Source of the DNA: Octopus vulgaris
Taxonomy: Eukaryota
Reading direction: 5' to 3'
DNA length: 64,000 nucleotides
NCBI GenBank assembly: GCA_951406725.2
Contig: OX597816.1
Span: forward strand, 49,538,001 to 49,602,000
Positions within the stretch are counted from its first letter, which is position 1; each line of letters opens with the position of its first letter. Positions 1-14,700 of this stretch are shown in pieces. The notes under the pieces were generated by a model. That model had not been told where the DNA came from. It did no database searches and worked only from the letters and a program-made list of their open reading frames with translations. Both the position numbers and the translations under genes were made by a program.

Positions 1-8
1 GGCTCTAG

Positions 9-556
9 CAAGTTATGTTTAGTGATGTGCCATAGTTTGGTATCGGTATAAGAATAACCCATGATATTCTGGCCATTGAAGTGATTTTCTACTAAAACCT
101 ACTGCAAGATTTCTGCGGACTGTGAGGTTGAATGGCAAGTGGTGTTAATATATGTGAGTATGTGTGTGATGCGTGTGTGTTGTGTGTGTATGTGTATGTA
201 GATATGTCTGTGTGGTGTGTGCATGTGTGTATGTGTATGTGATGTGTGTTTTGTCTATTATGTCGATATCCTTAACTATTCTCTACACTACATTTGTATA
301 ATAGAATATCATGAGAGGAATAAGGCAGAGGTGGTGATACCGAGAGTTTCTGGTGTGCATTATGACATTTGGCACCGGCAAGTTAGTTTTAGAGATGTGT
401 CTTAGTTTGGCATCGGTGCAAAAATAACCTTTGGTATTCTGGTTGCTGAACTGATTTTCTACTAAAAAATACAGCAAGATTTCCGCGGGCACTGAAATTG
501 AATCGCAAGAGGTGTTAATGTATGTGTGTGTGTGTGAATTACGCCAATATCCTTAT
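9..556. repeat. Diverged direct tandem duplication, period about 370 bp
   Basis: 9-150 (caagtta..tgattttctactaaaa..caagattt..ggtgttaat) aligns by eye to 380-520; each copy is followed by (TG)n and then atatcctta. Confidence 0.75.
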
Positions 557-982
557 ATCCAAAAATTGTTAGGTTGGAATGTTTGTGCGCTTACAGGTCT
601 GAGAAGAAATCAAATTATTCTCAGACTGAACGTTTCCAGGATATAAGTAGTATATACATAACTTTACATTACTTGATATTAAAATCTATACACATGTATT
701 CTTGAAAATATATGCAGAAATCTATGATGTAATTATTGTTAGAAATGTAGTGATTGTAATGCCTGAAGGCTGTGTCCATATATGTTTAAGTTCACGTATA
801 TGTGCTTATTTTCTTTCTCCCTCAATTTTATCAATTTATGGTGGACCAGAATTGAAAGAATAATTATTGGAGGTTGCATCATAAGAAGATGTGGGAAAAG
901 AAGTAGAAGAAGAGGGTAGAGTGGATGAGTAGGAAGAGATGAAAAAGTTGTAGTGAGTGTTAAAACGATAATAATAGTTTTG

Positions 983-1320
<338 letters not shown>

Positions 1321-1403
1321 AAGGAAGAGAGAGACCAGGAGACGAAAAATGAGGAAGTCGTGAATAGATCTTACTGTGTTATTATTATTATTATTATTAT
1401 TAT

Positions 1404-2011
1404 TCAGTAGTTTTATTTTTATTTTTATAGCGTGCTTTCACTTCACTACCGAGCGCAGCTCTGTGTGCCTTGGGTATGTGCTGTGATTTGTTGTGATGCT
1501 CTGATGGTTATTGTATGGAAAGTGTTCTGCGTAGGATGTGGGCAGTGCCTAGTAGTGCAATTTTCTGTATGTTATATGTGTTTGTAAGTCCTGGTGTTTT
1601 TGTTATGTATTTGTCTGAATATTTTTTTATCATGCCTAATGCACCTACTATGATAGGAATTGTTTCTGTTTTCAGATTCCACATTCTAGTTACCTCTATT
1701 TCCAGGTCTTTGTATTTTGAGAGTTTCTCCATTTCTTTTAGAGACACGTTGTCATCTGCCGGTATTGATACATCAATTAAAAAGCATTTTTTTCTTCATG
1801 ATCTCTGACAACTATATCTGGTCTGTTGGCCTTAATTTCTCTATCTGTGTGTATCGGCATATCCCAGAGTATGGTTGCTTTCTCGTTTTCTGTGACCTTT
1901 TCTGGTGTGTGCCTATACCATCTTTTTTCTGTTGTTATTCCATAATGTTGGCATAGCTTCCAATGTATGTAGGTTCCAACTCTGTCATGTCTGTGAATAT
2001 ATTCCTTCTTA
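1404..2011 (-). mobile_element. 5'-truncated R4/Dong-clade LINE copy (608 bp: endonuclease region and 3' UTR) inserted in a (TAA)n array
   Basis: Reverse complement of 21916-22523, giving identical ORF translations (1508-1747 = 22180-22419). Flanked on both sides by (ATT)n (1381-1403 and 2012-2070). Confidence 0.95.
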
Positions 2012-2016
2012 TTATC

Positions 2017-2071
<55 letters not shown>

Positions 2072-2733
2072 CATTAGCAGTGGTAGTAGTAGCAGCTGCA
2101 GTAACACTAGAAGTAGTATTTGTTGTTGTTGTTGTCGTTTACGTACACAAAGAGGAAGGAGAAGACGAAGAAGTAGAAAGCAAAGGAAGAAGAAGTGATT
2201 ATTCGCTCTTCCCCTTTTAGTGTATAGTGGCGAGCTGGTTGTTTTAAGTGGTCAAGTATTTAACAGAACTAATGAGACAATCATCTAGATCGGGAATAAT
2301 AAGCTGACCGACATTCTTTAGTTCCAAGAACCAATCAAAGGATTTCTGAATGTGTATGCGGAAGAGGACATTCTTTGAAAATTCTAATGTAACACGATTT
2401 TAATTGAACATAGCACGTAAGGTGAAACCAATAACGAGAGAGAGGAAGAATGCGAGCGATGGGGAAAAGATGGAGATAAATCGAAAGAATGTATGTGAGG
2501 TATTGGATTAAGGTTTCATATTCAGCCTTTATAATCAATAATATTACAGCAGGTGCAACCTCATACAACGTTCGTATAAGCGATACCAACGTTGAATCTT
2601 ATTGGCAAACAATGCACGTGCTAGAAATATCACCTAAACTCCCGCTTCAAATCCCACGGTGCTTTCCTAATAGATGTGTTGCTTCTATGATGCTGTCATG
2701 TATATACTATCTAAGAGAGAGAGGGAGAGGGAC

Positions 2734-2774
<41 letters not shown>

Positions 2775-3504
2775 GAGATGGGGTGAAGGAGAGCGAAGAA
2801 TTAGGAGGATAGAGTGAAAAAGCATGGTCAGTTACTGCTGCTATATTTTTCATCATACGTTTACTCGATAATGATCAGATAGCAAATATAATACTGTAGC
2901 TAATGCTATGTATTAAATATATTTGTTAACACATCAATCACTGTTGCCAATTTGGACTACAATCATTGATGGTATTTGTTCTTGAGCCATCGCTCTCATC
3001 ATAGACAAATATATCTTAGGTTCGAAATTTCGCATTACTGATTGAATAATCCGTACGGTGTGAATCTCGCCTTTTATTTGTATTGTCACAGTTGGTCATC
3101 TTCAATTCATCCACTGATTTACTAGTTTAGTGGGTGAGTAGTTCATTTCAGTAATAAATCACTTCAGTCGTCCCATTGGGTTTATAAAATCACAACACTC
3201 TTTAGCTGATCTCATCAAGAATAAAACATTTACATATCTTGTTCCCTGCGATCTGTAGCACCTGTAAATACGAGTTTAAACCGCTAGAAATACATAATTG
3301 TTTAATTTGAATTGGAACTGAATTCAGAAGAGTAACCAGTTTTATTTTAATCAGGAGCAGATCACCAATAAAGTCCTCCCCCAAAAAAGTTTCCAACCAC
3401 GGTTTTTCTCCACATTCACCCATCCACTAGTTCTGGTGGACGTGAACAAGAGCACTGCATAGAATGACATTCTTTAGCATTAATTTATCCTTAAAAGTTT
3501 AGTA

Positions 3505-3700
3505 AACTGGTGACCTGACAGAATCTGTAGCACGCATTTCGTCCGTCTTAACTATCTGAGTGTAAATTCTGCCGAGGTTGATTTACCTTCCATCCCTTCA
3601 ACAACGATAAAACAAGTACAAATTGAGCTCTGGGGGTCGGTGTAATAGATTTATCCCAGCCATCAACATTGCTGGCCTTGCACCAAAATTTGAAAGCAAT
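3505..3700 (+). mobile_element. Degenerate tRNA-derived SINE, family A
   Basis: ctgagtgtaaattctgccgaggttga..tttccatcc..ggccttgcaccaaaattt resembles the intact copies at 17591 and 45749. Confidence 0.6.
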
Positions 3701-4933
3701 ATTAGTAAAGGTGAAACTTCTTTGCCGTCTGTACAAGAGACTGGAACAAAAATATAGTGGTAAGTTTCATCTAAAGCTTATTTTTGTTTATAGTTACCGC
3801 TTTCACTGTAGAGATCTTAGATGGTACGCCAAATGTTAACAGAACGTCATCAATACTCACTCTTTATCCTAGTAGATTTGTTTCGCTTCCAGCGGGGGTA
3901 TAGCATATATATGAAAACTCAAGTATTTGTCATCATAATAATCAGAGGCATTGAATCCATGCTCATAATTTTTTATGCCTTTGTAATATTTCTTCGTGAA
4001 ACTAACATTAAAAAGGTTCCAGCAAAGCATATGCATCTTCTCTAAGCGGAATTCTGGTTTAAGCACCCCGTGTACCCCCTCATCATTTTTTTTCATTTTG
4101 GAATTTTCAGAATTTTTTTTAGAATTTGTGTTCTATACAGGGGAATAAATACGATTATGGCAAACGAAAAATATTCTTTTGCGTGTGTGATTTAAGGGCT
4201 ATTTAGCTGTTGTTTTTAGCACATCCCATGATCACCTGATATCGTCCTCGTTTCTTGTCAAGTGTGACATGTACTGATGTTTTTCGATGTTTTTCTTCCC
4301 ATAAAAACATTTAAGGGGATGAGGATACACCTAACAGTAGTCCGTTCATGGTATTTAAACAAAGAAAATGGAAAGAGAGTGCAAATTTTAGAATGTATGG
4401 GGGCGGATTTAAGAATTTATAAAAACAACATTTTTCATAATCATACAGATTCTCGTGTGTAGAAAGCACATTGGCAAAAATTTACTGTAAAATGGCAAAA
4501 AATAAAAAAAAAAAGTTATGTGGAGTTATAAGGAGTGGTTCAGTCAGACTCCCGTTCTTCTGTGAAATTCTTGCCTTGCACATTATCATCGCCCTTCAAA
4601 TTTTATTTCGTTTATTGCATTATGATTTTCAGAGGCTTCTCCAGTATGTTCACATCCATGTTTTTCTAGTCCATTGTTATCTTTGACAAAACCCCTGCTT
4701 CTACATTCACCGATGAATGTGCTTAGTTGCTGGGCTACTCAGCTAACGACACATCGTCCACATTAAGTGGAAGATATTCATTTCTACAAATCTTGAAAGT
4801 GTCATCATTTTTATTAATTCATCCGATACCAAACAAAGCAAAGTATATGAAATTATCATTGCTATTAATCATTTGTGTAACACTGGAGTATATTTATTAC
4901 ATACATACTGGTGATCATATTCATATAACGACA

Positions 4934-4996
<63 letters not shown>

Positions 4997-7900
4997 ACGT
5001 GTGAGTGTGTGACTGTTATCTTTTCTAAGCTGATTTAGTGCATAAACGTTTTCTCTTATTGGCTCTAAGAACACATGGTTTCTGTTGTGTGGTTCTAGGT
5101 CAGTGTCGGAATCGATTGAGACGCTGGAAATCACGTTTGTAAACGAATAGCAAAAAGAATGTCGTTCAATGTAACCATTATTTTAATCGACGGTGGATGA
5201 TTTATGAATGACTTAGTTGCTATTTTGAACAGCTCGCTGGACCACGTGTGAGATGAATGATAACAAAATGATCTGGCAATTAGTAAACTAAACACAGACG
5301 CACGTACACAGACACACACGCACACACACACACACACACATTCATTCACTCTCTCTTTCTCTTTCTTCTCTCTCTTCCCCCCCTGTCTCTCTCACATTCT
5401 CATCTTTTCTTACTCTGATCAGAATTTCTCTTTTTTTAGGTTGTATGGTAATTACTGCAGTGAAGTAATTGATAATGTTGTGAGTTTTGACTTATGTAGG
5501 GAGGGCCATAAAAGAGAGCTATATGCATATAAAAACACATACGTCATGATAAGAGACAACGGATTTGTGCACATTTTCCGTTATCTATATTTCAATGAAA
5601 ACGATCCAAGACTATTATTAGTAAATATTTACAAAGGCTCTGACCGTTGTGATTGCAAAGCAATTATCTTAAATATGCAGCAATGCCGGCATCATGTCCT
5701 AAGAAATTGCCATGATAAATGTATCTGGCAAGATTCTCCGCTAATCCTTATTATTGTGATTTCTGACCACTGTACATTCCCTAAGTTATATTTACTTACG
5801 CTAAAAAGAATTGTAATATAACTTAGAATAAAATATTGGTTTCAAACGCAAAAAGACGGAGAAAGTGCCGATAAGCATTTTGTCAGACGTACTAAGAATT
5901 CTGCCAATTCACCGCCTTAATTTCAATTAGAATATTGACATTATTATTCTACAAAAGAAAGGTGGCAAGATGGCGTATCTGTAAACACGCCACATAAAAT
6001 CCTTACGTCATTGCGTCCCATTTTGTTTTCAGCTCAAACCTCGCCGGGGTTGACATTGCTTTTCGGTGTCGAGAAATATATTATGTTTGAAAACTTAGAC
6101 TTAGTGTTAGGTCTTCCTGCGCTGTGTGGTGCATTGGGGAGCAAGGCTTCGCCAACGAAGTCATCAAGGTTGAAAACTAGGGCGATATAATCCTTCAGCT
6201 CTTCCAAGAAATTTCAGGCCTTGTGCCCATAGTTGAAAGAATTGTGTAGAAAAGGAAACAAATATATTAACTTTTATGCACTCATTTGATATATTGTCGC
6301 GGGTATTTTAATGCTATATTTTAAGTTTCCTTTGATAACTTACAGCTGGATTTTGAAGTCAATGGGGGAGTCTCCATGCGGTCTCATACCCAGCATAAAA
6401 TAGCAGGCAAATCTTCCTAAAATCGTACAACTCTATTTTAACAGAATGAAGTACGCAGTAGATAATATATTCCTAAATTTTATTAAAAGGCCTATTAATA
6501 TCTTTGATGATAGGTGTACATATCGAAGTCTTCCGCTCCCTAAGTCTGGGACTAAATACAACGGAAATTGTGAATTAAATTCCATCTCGTTCATCGTACA
6601 CCAACAAATCATTCCTTTTATTTGTATGTCCATTCTGTAGCAACATCATTGGTTTCATTTAAGATTAATGAGTTGATTCATCAGTATTCTACAGTAAAAG
6701 ATATTTCGTGAATCAGATGACGCGTCTATTTAGTTTGCTAAACACAAATACACACAATATATACACACATACTCACACACGTGTAAATATATCTTTATAC
6801 TATGTCTGTATAAAAAGTGATTATTAGCACAAGAGTGAATTAAACACATACATATAACATGCATACATTTACAGAGAAAATTACATACATGTGTGTATAC
6901 GCACACATATTGACAGGTATGTAGTTACCATTCACACACAAACGCATACACTCACGCACACGCACACACGCATACGCATATGTACATAAACACATACATG
7001 TGTGTTTGTTTACAAAATACTTTGGAATATGTTAGATGGCTTAGCTGAAGATATCGTGACAGATTATCACTCATTGCAGCTTACCGTGACAACCATCTTA
7101 CCATGACAAGTAGTCGTTTCTACAAAGATCTACTGTTTAGAAGACTTTCGCTTAGGAAACATCCTTTGGCCATTCATCTTCCATTACTTTTCGTTTCATT
7201 TCGCTTTCAATAGCAATGTGAGAAGTCATTACGGCTTTATTTATTATGTACTATTTGAAAAGATATAATTTAAAGAAGGCTAATTCAGTGTACGTTTTCC
7301 TCACGTCATCCAAAGAGACGTTGATAATGTTCCGTTCGTCGTTATATTCTGTTTCAGCAAAGCCGTATGAAGGAATAAACTGGAAATATTAAAGAGGTAG
7401 ATACACTATTCTGAATAATTTAAAACTTGTTTTCTGATCAATGTTTTTCAAAAGAATTGTTTATTTCTGTTTTATTAGGCAAATATTGAAAATCGTGATG
7501 ATATATATTTAATCAAAATAAGCAACAGGATATCAAGAAGTGTTGCAGTACGAATGTTTCAAGCAGATCCATTGAATTGAGCAATGCTATCATTACATTA
7601 ATCTAAATGTAGGACTATCATCAGTTGCACAAATAAATAGAATTTTAATCAGTTGGACACATTTAATATAATTTTTCTGAAATACTTTAATAAAGAAAGA
7701 AGATGGAAAACATCCATGTTGTCGCTATTGTAGCTAAGAATGGTCTACACTTCCAAGAAATGCATGAAGCTTACTGGGATCATAGCTTGTAAAGGATTGT
7801 GGTTCATTTCTAATTTATTTGTATTTTTATCACCTACTAAATCTAAGACTAGAGGACTGTGTCTGTTTGGAATGAAGGGCAAGAATGAGTTGACAGCTCA

Positions 7901-9299
7901 TGGCTAGGTATGGTCATAAATATTGTCAAGATATTAGGAATAGTATATAAATAACTGTCTATAAAGAAGGCTGGGTAGGGGAAGACTCTAAATCATGACG
8001 TTATCTACCAGTTAAGGAAGAAAGATGCTAACCTATGATGCTAATACAGAGGAAATTTTATCATGGGGTACTATGGATAACTGTTTATGAACAATATCGT
8101 TATATTTTATAAAGATAAAATTTAAGATTATCAAAAATTATATCATAAGCAAGGTAGGTAAAATCTATATATATATATATCAATTTTCAAAACAAAAAAA
8201 GAAAGGTTACACCGAATCAGTTTAATATTCATCCATGTACTTAATTATTTGCTTATTAGGTGGTTTCTATAAAGACTGCTCATGGCATTTACTTATGGAA
8301 TAGTGGAAAGATAAACATGCTATCTATATATTAATTATAAGCCAAGAATCAGAATGAATACCGATGTGTACAGATACACACACATATTTATCTATATGCA
8401 CGCATGCACACATACAAAAATATTTATACGTTTATATGGATATAGTGTAACCATCTCCCATAGACCTAATTAGCTGGAAAATCTCTATTTAAGAACAGTA
8501 AGAACAGTAACTTATAAGGGATAAGAGACTAATAGGTAAGAATATCAAAGTAAGAAAAGAAAAATAAGAAGAATTTATAGAAAGTGATAAGACATATATA
8601 TAACCTACACACACACACACACACACACATACACACAGATATATATGGTTGAAATGTACAGAAAATAAAAGACGAAGATAGGTGTAGGAACAACAAGCAA
8701 GTGTAGTAGTTTGACGCTCGGAAAAATTGGAAAAGTATTTTACGATTTGAACCTACGCTCTTCGACAAAAACGAATAAGGGGGCGAAATAGAGGGAGAGT
8801 GAAAAATCCGGAGAGAGAAAAATACAGTGTAGAGTTCAGCGGTCCAACATAGCGTATGACTTGAAAAAAGAAGAGGTTGAATGAAAGGAAGATAATAATC
8901 GTGATCCCAAAGAACTAAGATGCGCGAGCGTGTGTGTGTATGTGAAAATAATGCGTGTGAGTGTGTACGAGTGTATGTGTGAATGAGCGTGAGTGAGTCT
9001 CACGTGTGTATGTGTACGCGCGTGTATGTAACGTGTGTGTGTGTGTATATGTGTGTGTGTATATATCTTAGGCATTGTGAGATTATATTCATGTGATTTA
9101 GAACTCGATATAGATATGCTTTAGAATGAAGCCTTACTCGAGTACAGAACGGTAATAAGTAAATGAGGTGACAAAGGAAAAAAAAAGATTATCTTATGAA
9201 CTTCATTAGCTTACAGCTGTTTCTGTTACAGGATGCACTGGACTCATATTTGGGTGCATGAGTAACACCGTCATCGGGCTTATCCCGTATCTAAAAATT

Positions 9300-10075
9300 T
9301 AATTTCTTTGCTGAACGAGTCCTTTTAATGGTGATGGCGTTCATGACTCTGTAGACCAATTCTTGTATAGAAGGATCAATAGCATTGACTGCATGGCTGT
9401 TGGTGGAGGACCATATTGATTTTGTCGGGCCTCTCCTTCTTATCGTTTGATTTCTTCCATTTCTCTTCTGATGGCTTCGAAGATGGTGATGGAAGCCAGT
9501 CAGCTTTGTACAGTCACGAGATTTTTTTTCATTTCCAATTATTTAGGCTCAAGTTTAGTAGCTCTCATTGTTACTTTGATTTTGTCCTTGTATCATCAAA
9601 GAGAGCAACCCTGTGCGCGTTTTCCTGAATTGAGCTCACTGAATAAGATTTGATGTGTAAAACATGTCTCTTTCATTCTTGCTATGTGTCCTGACCATCG
9701 CAGACGGTCTTTCATGATCAGAGGTTTGATGCTTTGACTGTTGGCTCTGTCCAAGTCTTTGTTGTTGGTAAAATGGTGTCCCCATTTGATGCTCAAAATT
9801 GAACAAAGCTCTTGCTGGTGAATCCGTTCTAACATTTGGATGAGGCGACTTTATAGAGTCCAGGTTTCGCAGCCATATAGCAAGGCTAAAATGACAACAG
9901 CATTACAGACCATAATGTTAGTTGCTGAATTTAGATATATGTTGTTGAAGATGCTTTTCATTAGCTTTTCAACTTTCTTCTATGCAGCTCCAATTTTGTG
10001 TTCCACATCTGTTTCTGATGTACACTGGTTTGATAAGGTTATATAGATATGCAAAATGCTCTACCTTTTCAGAAG
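9300..10075 (-). pseudogene. RTE/Bov-B-like LINE reverse-transcriptase C-terminal remnant
   Basis: ORF 9596-9835 reads LERIHQQELCSILSIKW..RLRWSGHIARM..QILFSELNSGKRAQG, typical of the RTE C-terminus. Upstream LLYGCETWTL (ttgctatatggctgcgaaacctggact on the minus strand). Many stops and frameshifts. Confidence 0.85.
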
Positions 10076-10739
10076 GTGTACCGGATCACGTTTTTCCATC
10101 TTCGATCGCTTTGTTCACATACGACATAAATCAGTGCTGGCTGTAGTTTCTAAAGAAAATCTGTAGAGATAATCTTAAAAAGTGATTTAATCGCACCGAT
10201 AACACGGTAGGAGACGAGGGGCACAGGATTGAGTTATAAAGCGTTTCATATACTTTGCAGTATATTATGATCGCATATCGAGATACAGTGCCCCTTCAAG
10301 TATATATGTTCATACCAACAGCCAGGAATATGTTTAATATGTAAAATTTGTATGTAAAATAGTATTACACCGTTATACTTACTAGTTATTTAAGCTATGA
10401 GCACCAGAATGGTTAATGGAGTGATTGCGGTGCTGAAGAGGGAGCAAAAATTTCTGAAATGCACATATACCCATAAACTATATTTCCATTTTCGATCGCA
10501 TTGTTTACATTAGACGTTCGGATACGAAACGTAGTAGCAAATCAGTGTTGCTTATAATTTCAAAAGAATATTTGTAGATATAACCTTGAAAAAAAATAAA
10601 TGAGATTATCAATAGCTTTTATACTTCGAAACCCTATTACTACTACATATATAGGTACAACATATATTGGTAGGTCTTAACATAGACCATGCGAAAAGAA
10701 AATATATGTAGTCAAAAGACGTAAGCACAAGACCGAATA

Positions 10740-11330
10740 AAGGTTGGAAGTGATGAAATCGAGGTGAAGAAGTACGTCTACTTAGGGCAGACAGTAAATA
10801 TGCTTCGAGGTATGGATGCTGTAATCTCAAACAGAATAAGGGCAGAATGGAAGTTATACAACTCAATTCCGGATTTGATCCACACAAAGCTAGACACTAC
10901 CATACGTGACTCTTCTATAGCACCACCCTACCAGCGCTCTTATAAGCTACTAAAAAGTGTTTAGAACATCGATTGACTACCATGCAAAGGTCAATGGAAG
11001 CATATATGCTTGTAACAACACTAAGAGAGTACATTCGAAATTAGATAATTCGAGAACGAAGCGGAGTAAATGATGTGATTGCAAAGTACTGAAAGCACAA
11101 TTTCTGCTGGTCATGTCGCAAGGTTAACGAACAACAGATAGAGTAGTACAGGTTCCGAGTGAGATGCAAGGGATGGGAAAAGGCCATTCAGAAGGTTTAC
11201 ACAACGATGAGAAGACGAATTGGGCAAGCCATGTGGGTCAAGATGGAAGAGAATGGTTCAATCAAGACAAAATGGGCAGTGCATTGTGACCAGCGGTGTA
11301 TAACTGCATCTGATGGTCTGGTCGATTCTG
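10740..11330 (+). pseudogene. Second, different RTE-clade LINE remnant
   Basis: Fragments VKKYVYLGQTV..NRIRAEWK, QRSME..IRERSGVNDVI and GHVARLTNNR match RTE RT C-terminal motifs. Confidence 0.7.
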
Positions 11331-11788
11331 TGATACTGTGATATATACATTGGTGTGTATCAAGGTGTGTGCGTGTGTGTACGTGTGTGCGCTTGTGTGT
11401 GTGTTTGTGTTTTCTAGTATTGTACTAAATACAATGGATATTTAGATTTGACCATAATTACCCTAAGTTGAAGAGTTCTTATAAAATCCAGATATGTTTG
11501 GTGTTATCAGCGTATCGATCAGACATCGGAGTTTTTCCTCGGTTTATATATCCATTGAGTTTACTCGCTTTGCATTTTAGTGAATTCTTCTGCGACTTTG
11601 AAAAGGGTTAGTATTAATGGTGATAAGTATTTTGTGTATTACCAGCAAAAATTTAATTGATTAAACATTTGTTATCTAACTTAGCTTAATCATTGGATGC
11701 TTCTAGAAAGCATATGTGTTTATATACTCAAAAGCATCCCTTGGAGATTTGGTAGAAACCATATTTCAATTTGTTTATTCAGTGACTG

Positions 11789-11821
<33 letters not shown>

Positions 11822-12244
11822 CGTATGGGTGTGTTTGTATTTGTGTATGTTTTGATGTAATGTTTTCGCCTTTTCTGCCACTATAGCGAGAAAGCATTGT
11901 ATGATCTTGAAAAAATAATTATATTTTCAAATTACATTTGTGGAAGAATAGTAACGTTGTATTTTGAACTACTTACGCAAGCAATAACTTTCTTTCCATT
12001 GATTAATGCTAGGAAGATTTAGCCATTTTAGGATTAAATAAATTGGATAATTACATAGAAACCTAATTTAAATGGTTACATATGTTCAAAATGTGAATAC
12101 TTACATTTCACGACCTCTCTCTTGAAACACATATATAACTATATATGTAGTATGAACAAGATCTCAAACAATACACATGCGTATTTATATGAATACAATG
12201 AGTGAAGTATAATTACTTTAGTTCAACATGATGTTGATTTCTAA

Positions 12245-12450
12245 TTTTAGCAGAAGGTCAGAAAATTCGGGAACAGAAACGAGTAGACTACATCGACCTC
12301 ATTGATCCACTTGTACTTATTTTATCGACCCCGAAAAGATGAAAGTTAAAGTCAACCTCGGTGGAATTAGAACTCAGAACGTAAGGATGAATGAAATAAC
12401 GCTAAGCATTTTGTCCGGCTTGTTAACTATTCTGCCAGTTTACCACCTTT
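12245..12450 (-). mobile_element. tRNA-derived SINE, family A (degenerate)
   Basis: gtacttattttatcgaccccgaaaagatgaaag..gtcaacctcggtggaattagaactcagaacgt is the reverse complement of the family A body. Confidence 0.8.
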
Positions 12451-13949
12451 TCCACCTAAATCTTTGCTTATATCTGCATAAATTACGTGTAGTGCCTTAA
12501 AGACTTTTATAATTATTAACTTAATTTGTAATTTCAGTATTGTAATTACAGTATTTGTAAATATAATTATTTGATAGATTAAAAACAAAAATGATTTATT
12601 TCTTGTATCTATCAATTTCTTTTCTTCGATGAATTTACTGCCGTTTTCTGAATTAAACGAAAATTCTCAATGGAGTGTTTTATTTTATAAAAACTCTATT
12701 AATACTGTAACATATTACCTAATAAATGATCGACAAATAAATAATAAATGCTGCAGCTTGTCGAATACATGAGCACAGTAAATCTTTCTGATGAAACATT
12801 TACATCTACACGAGTAAAACAAATACAATATCTCGGTTCGAAATGATAAATAATACGAGACTCTCAGGAGTGTTATCACACGAAACAAACAGCTGACGAT
12901 ATACAGTGCGAATTTAAAGTGATACTTATCGTGGAACGATATTCAGATACCAACTTCTAATCTATTTTTCTCGCTTGTTGAAATTGTTTATGATGAAGTA
13001 TGAAAATATGAAGAGAAAATTACGTATGATTATTCAATGATATAGAAATATAATGATCGTGTGAGATAATATATTGCTTCCCTGTTATAACAATAAGTAA
13101 AAACAAAATAAATTCCACAAAAAACAAACAAAAATATATCAGGAGATATGATTCTAGATTCAAACACTTTGATAAAAAAAACTTCTATGAAATAATTTAC
13201 TAGATTATCCATTCACGAACGGAATATATCTCTGTTGAATCCACTACTTCGGTATAGTTGCAGACCTACAGATGTGGTTCAATTTTTTAAATATTTACCA
13301 AAGTTATATAATCAGATATAATTATAGTTAAAATACTTTAAGAACAAACTGGTATAACAAAATATATTAGACGTTCTTAGCAATATTCAATCTTATCTTG
13401 GTAAATTACGCAACTTAGAATTATAGCGGAATCGTAGACTGAATCGAAAGGACATATAGCATTAAATGATGCTTTGTACAGATTAATCGACATATGTTTA
13501 TACAGTCAACACCCTGCCACACACACACACACACGCACGTACACACTATCAAAATCTTCCTACATCAGAGAAGATTTCCTGCCTATTTCAGGTACTTTTG
13601 TTTTGTTTTTCGCGTGACTGTAGAAACCCATATTCGACGGAAAAATGGGATAGCATTCTCTGCATTGGATTTTTGGGTTTTTTTCTCTTCATCATCCGAT
13701 GTTTCTGGTGTTTCGTAATGTCTGTCTTGAGAAAAGCATACGCAGCGTGAATAAATGAAGTTCGACCATTGTTTTCTATCGTTTGTAAGGGCTTCGAATA
13801 CTTATAACCTTATGTTGTAGAGTGAGAATCTGTTCTCCAAGACGTCCCTCAATCCCAGCTGAGGTCTTCCATGATTACAGTTTTCTGTTTTCATTTAAAA
13901 GAAATTATCTGTTTCTGAAGTCGGTTATGGTCCTTTCTTGAAATATTGC

Positions 13950-14700
13950 CAAATAAGCCACACGATTATCAGTTCCATGCTTGTCAGGTCTTCTTTCGTT
14001 CGCGATTAAATATAAACACGGAACAATCGTTTGATTGAGTGATACTTCAAGATTCATGTCGCGATGTCGATAAGGATTCCATGAATCTTAAGCTTAACAA
14101 AGTGTGATGTAATCAACAGCTCCTTACATGACAGCATGGTGGTAGATTTGAAGCAGTAGTTGTTGCAAACTGATTGATAAAGCTTTCTATACACTGTATA
14201 AGCTGCAGATATCCATATCATGGAAATATTTGAAAGTAAGAAAGAACTAAAGTGTAGGAAGCGAGAAACCTATTTGATAGAGTTGTTGATGTTTATGTCG
14301 ATGCTTTTTTGGGTGGACATTGAGAGTTGTTCCACTTTGTGAGTCTTCTTTATATTAACTGCTATGTTGTGATCATATAGAACAAGAATCGTTTATTCGT
14401 GGTAGATTTTGCTATGATTGAATGCAGCATTTTCATCTACATACTGCCTTTCTGAAATAGTATTTGTTGATGTTTTACACTTTGACAAGAATCTCCTTCA
14501 ATTGAAGATATCTTCATCATACCAGGTTCTTAGTTCTACATGTAAAGAAATTTTATTCATATTTATTACTGCCAGGTGAACAACACAATGATAAATAAGA
14601 GATGTTGTTGCTTATTTTGCTCCTCTGGATCTTCTTTCAATTGAGTGATGGCAAAATTCATATCTGCCATATTACATTGAGAAGGAAAGGTGTTATGCAA
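13950..14700 (-). pseudogene. Highly degenerate CR1/L2-like LINE remnant (tentative)
   Basis: Minus-strand pieces such as EPWYDEDI-like and AVDYITL..KLKIHGI..IAT*I..KRLFRV resemble CR1/L2 ORF2 motifs. No open frame remains. Confidence 0.3.

Noticed and set aside
4865-5134. Protein-looking peptide ISSVSIDSDTDLEPHNRNHVFLEPIRENVYALNQLRKDN on the minus strand
   Set aside because: No recognisable domain or splice context, and it runs into (TA)n.
5422-5821. Polypyrimidine tract plus AG at 5439 followed by a 126-aa ORF
   Set aside because: Acceptor-like sites arise easily next to (CT)n tracts; the peptide is unrecognisable.
6430-6720. Possible CR1 RT relic (ICWCTMNEMEFN); similar hints at about 32480 (GSIMGPL..IFAD), 25000-25640 (SDH) and 41600-41850 (RTE tail)
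   Set aside because: Single short motifs each; plausible but not supportable without a profile search.
7560-8100. Possible piggyBac transposase relic (IACKG.., GKNELTAHG.., TMDN)
   Set aside because: Matches are too short and scattered; no TIR or TTAA pair found.
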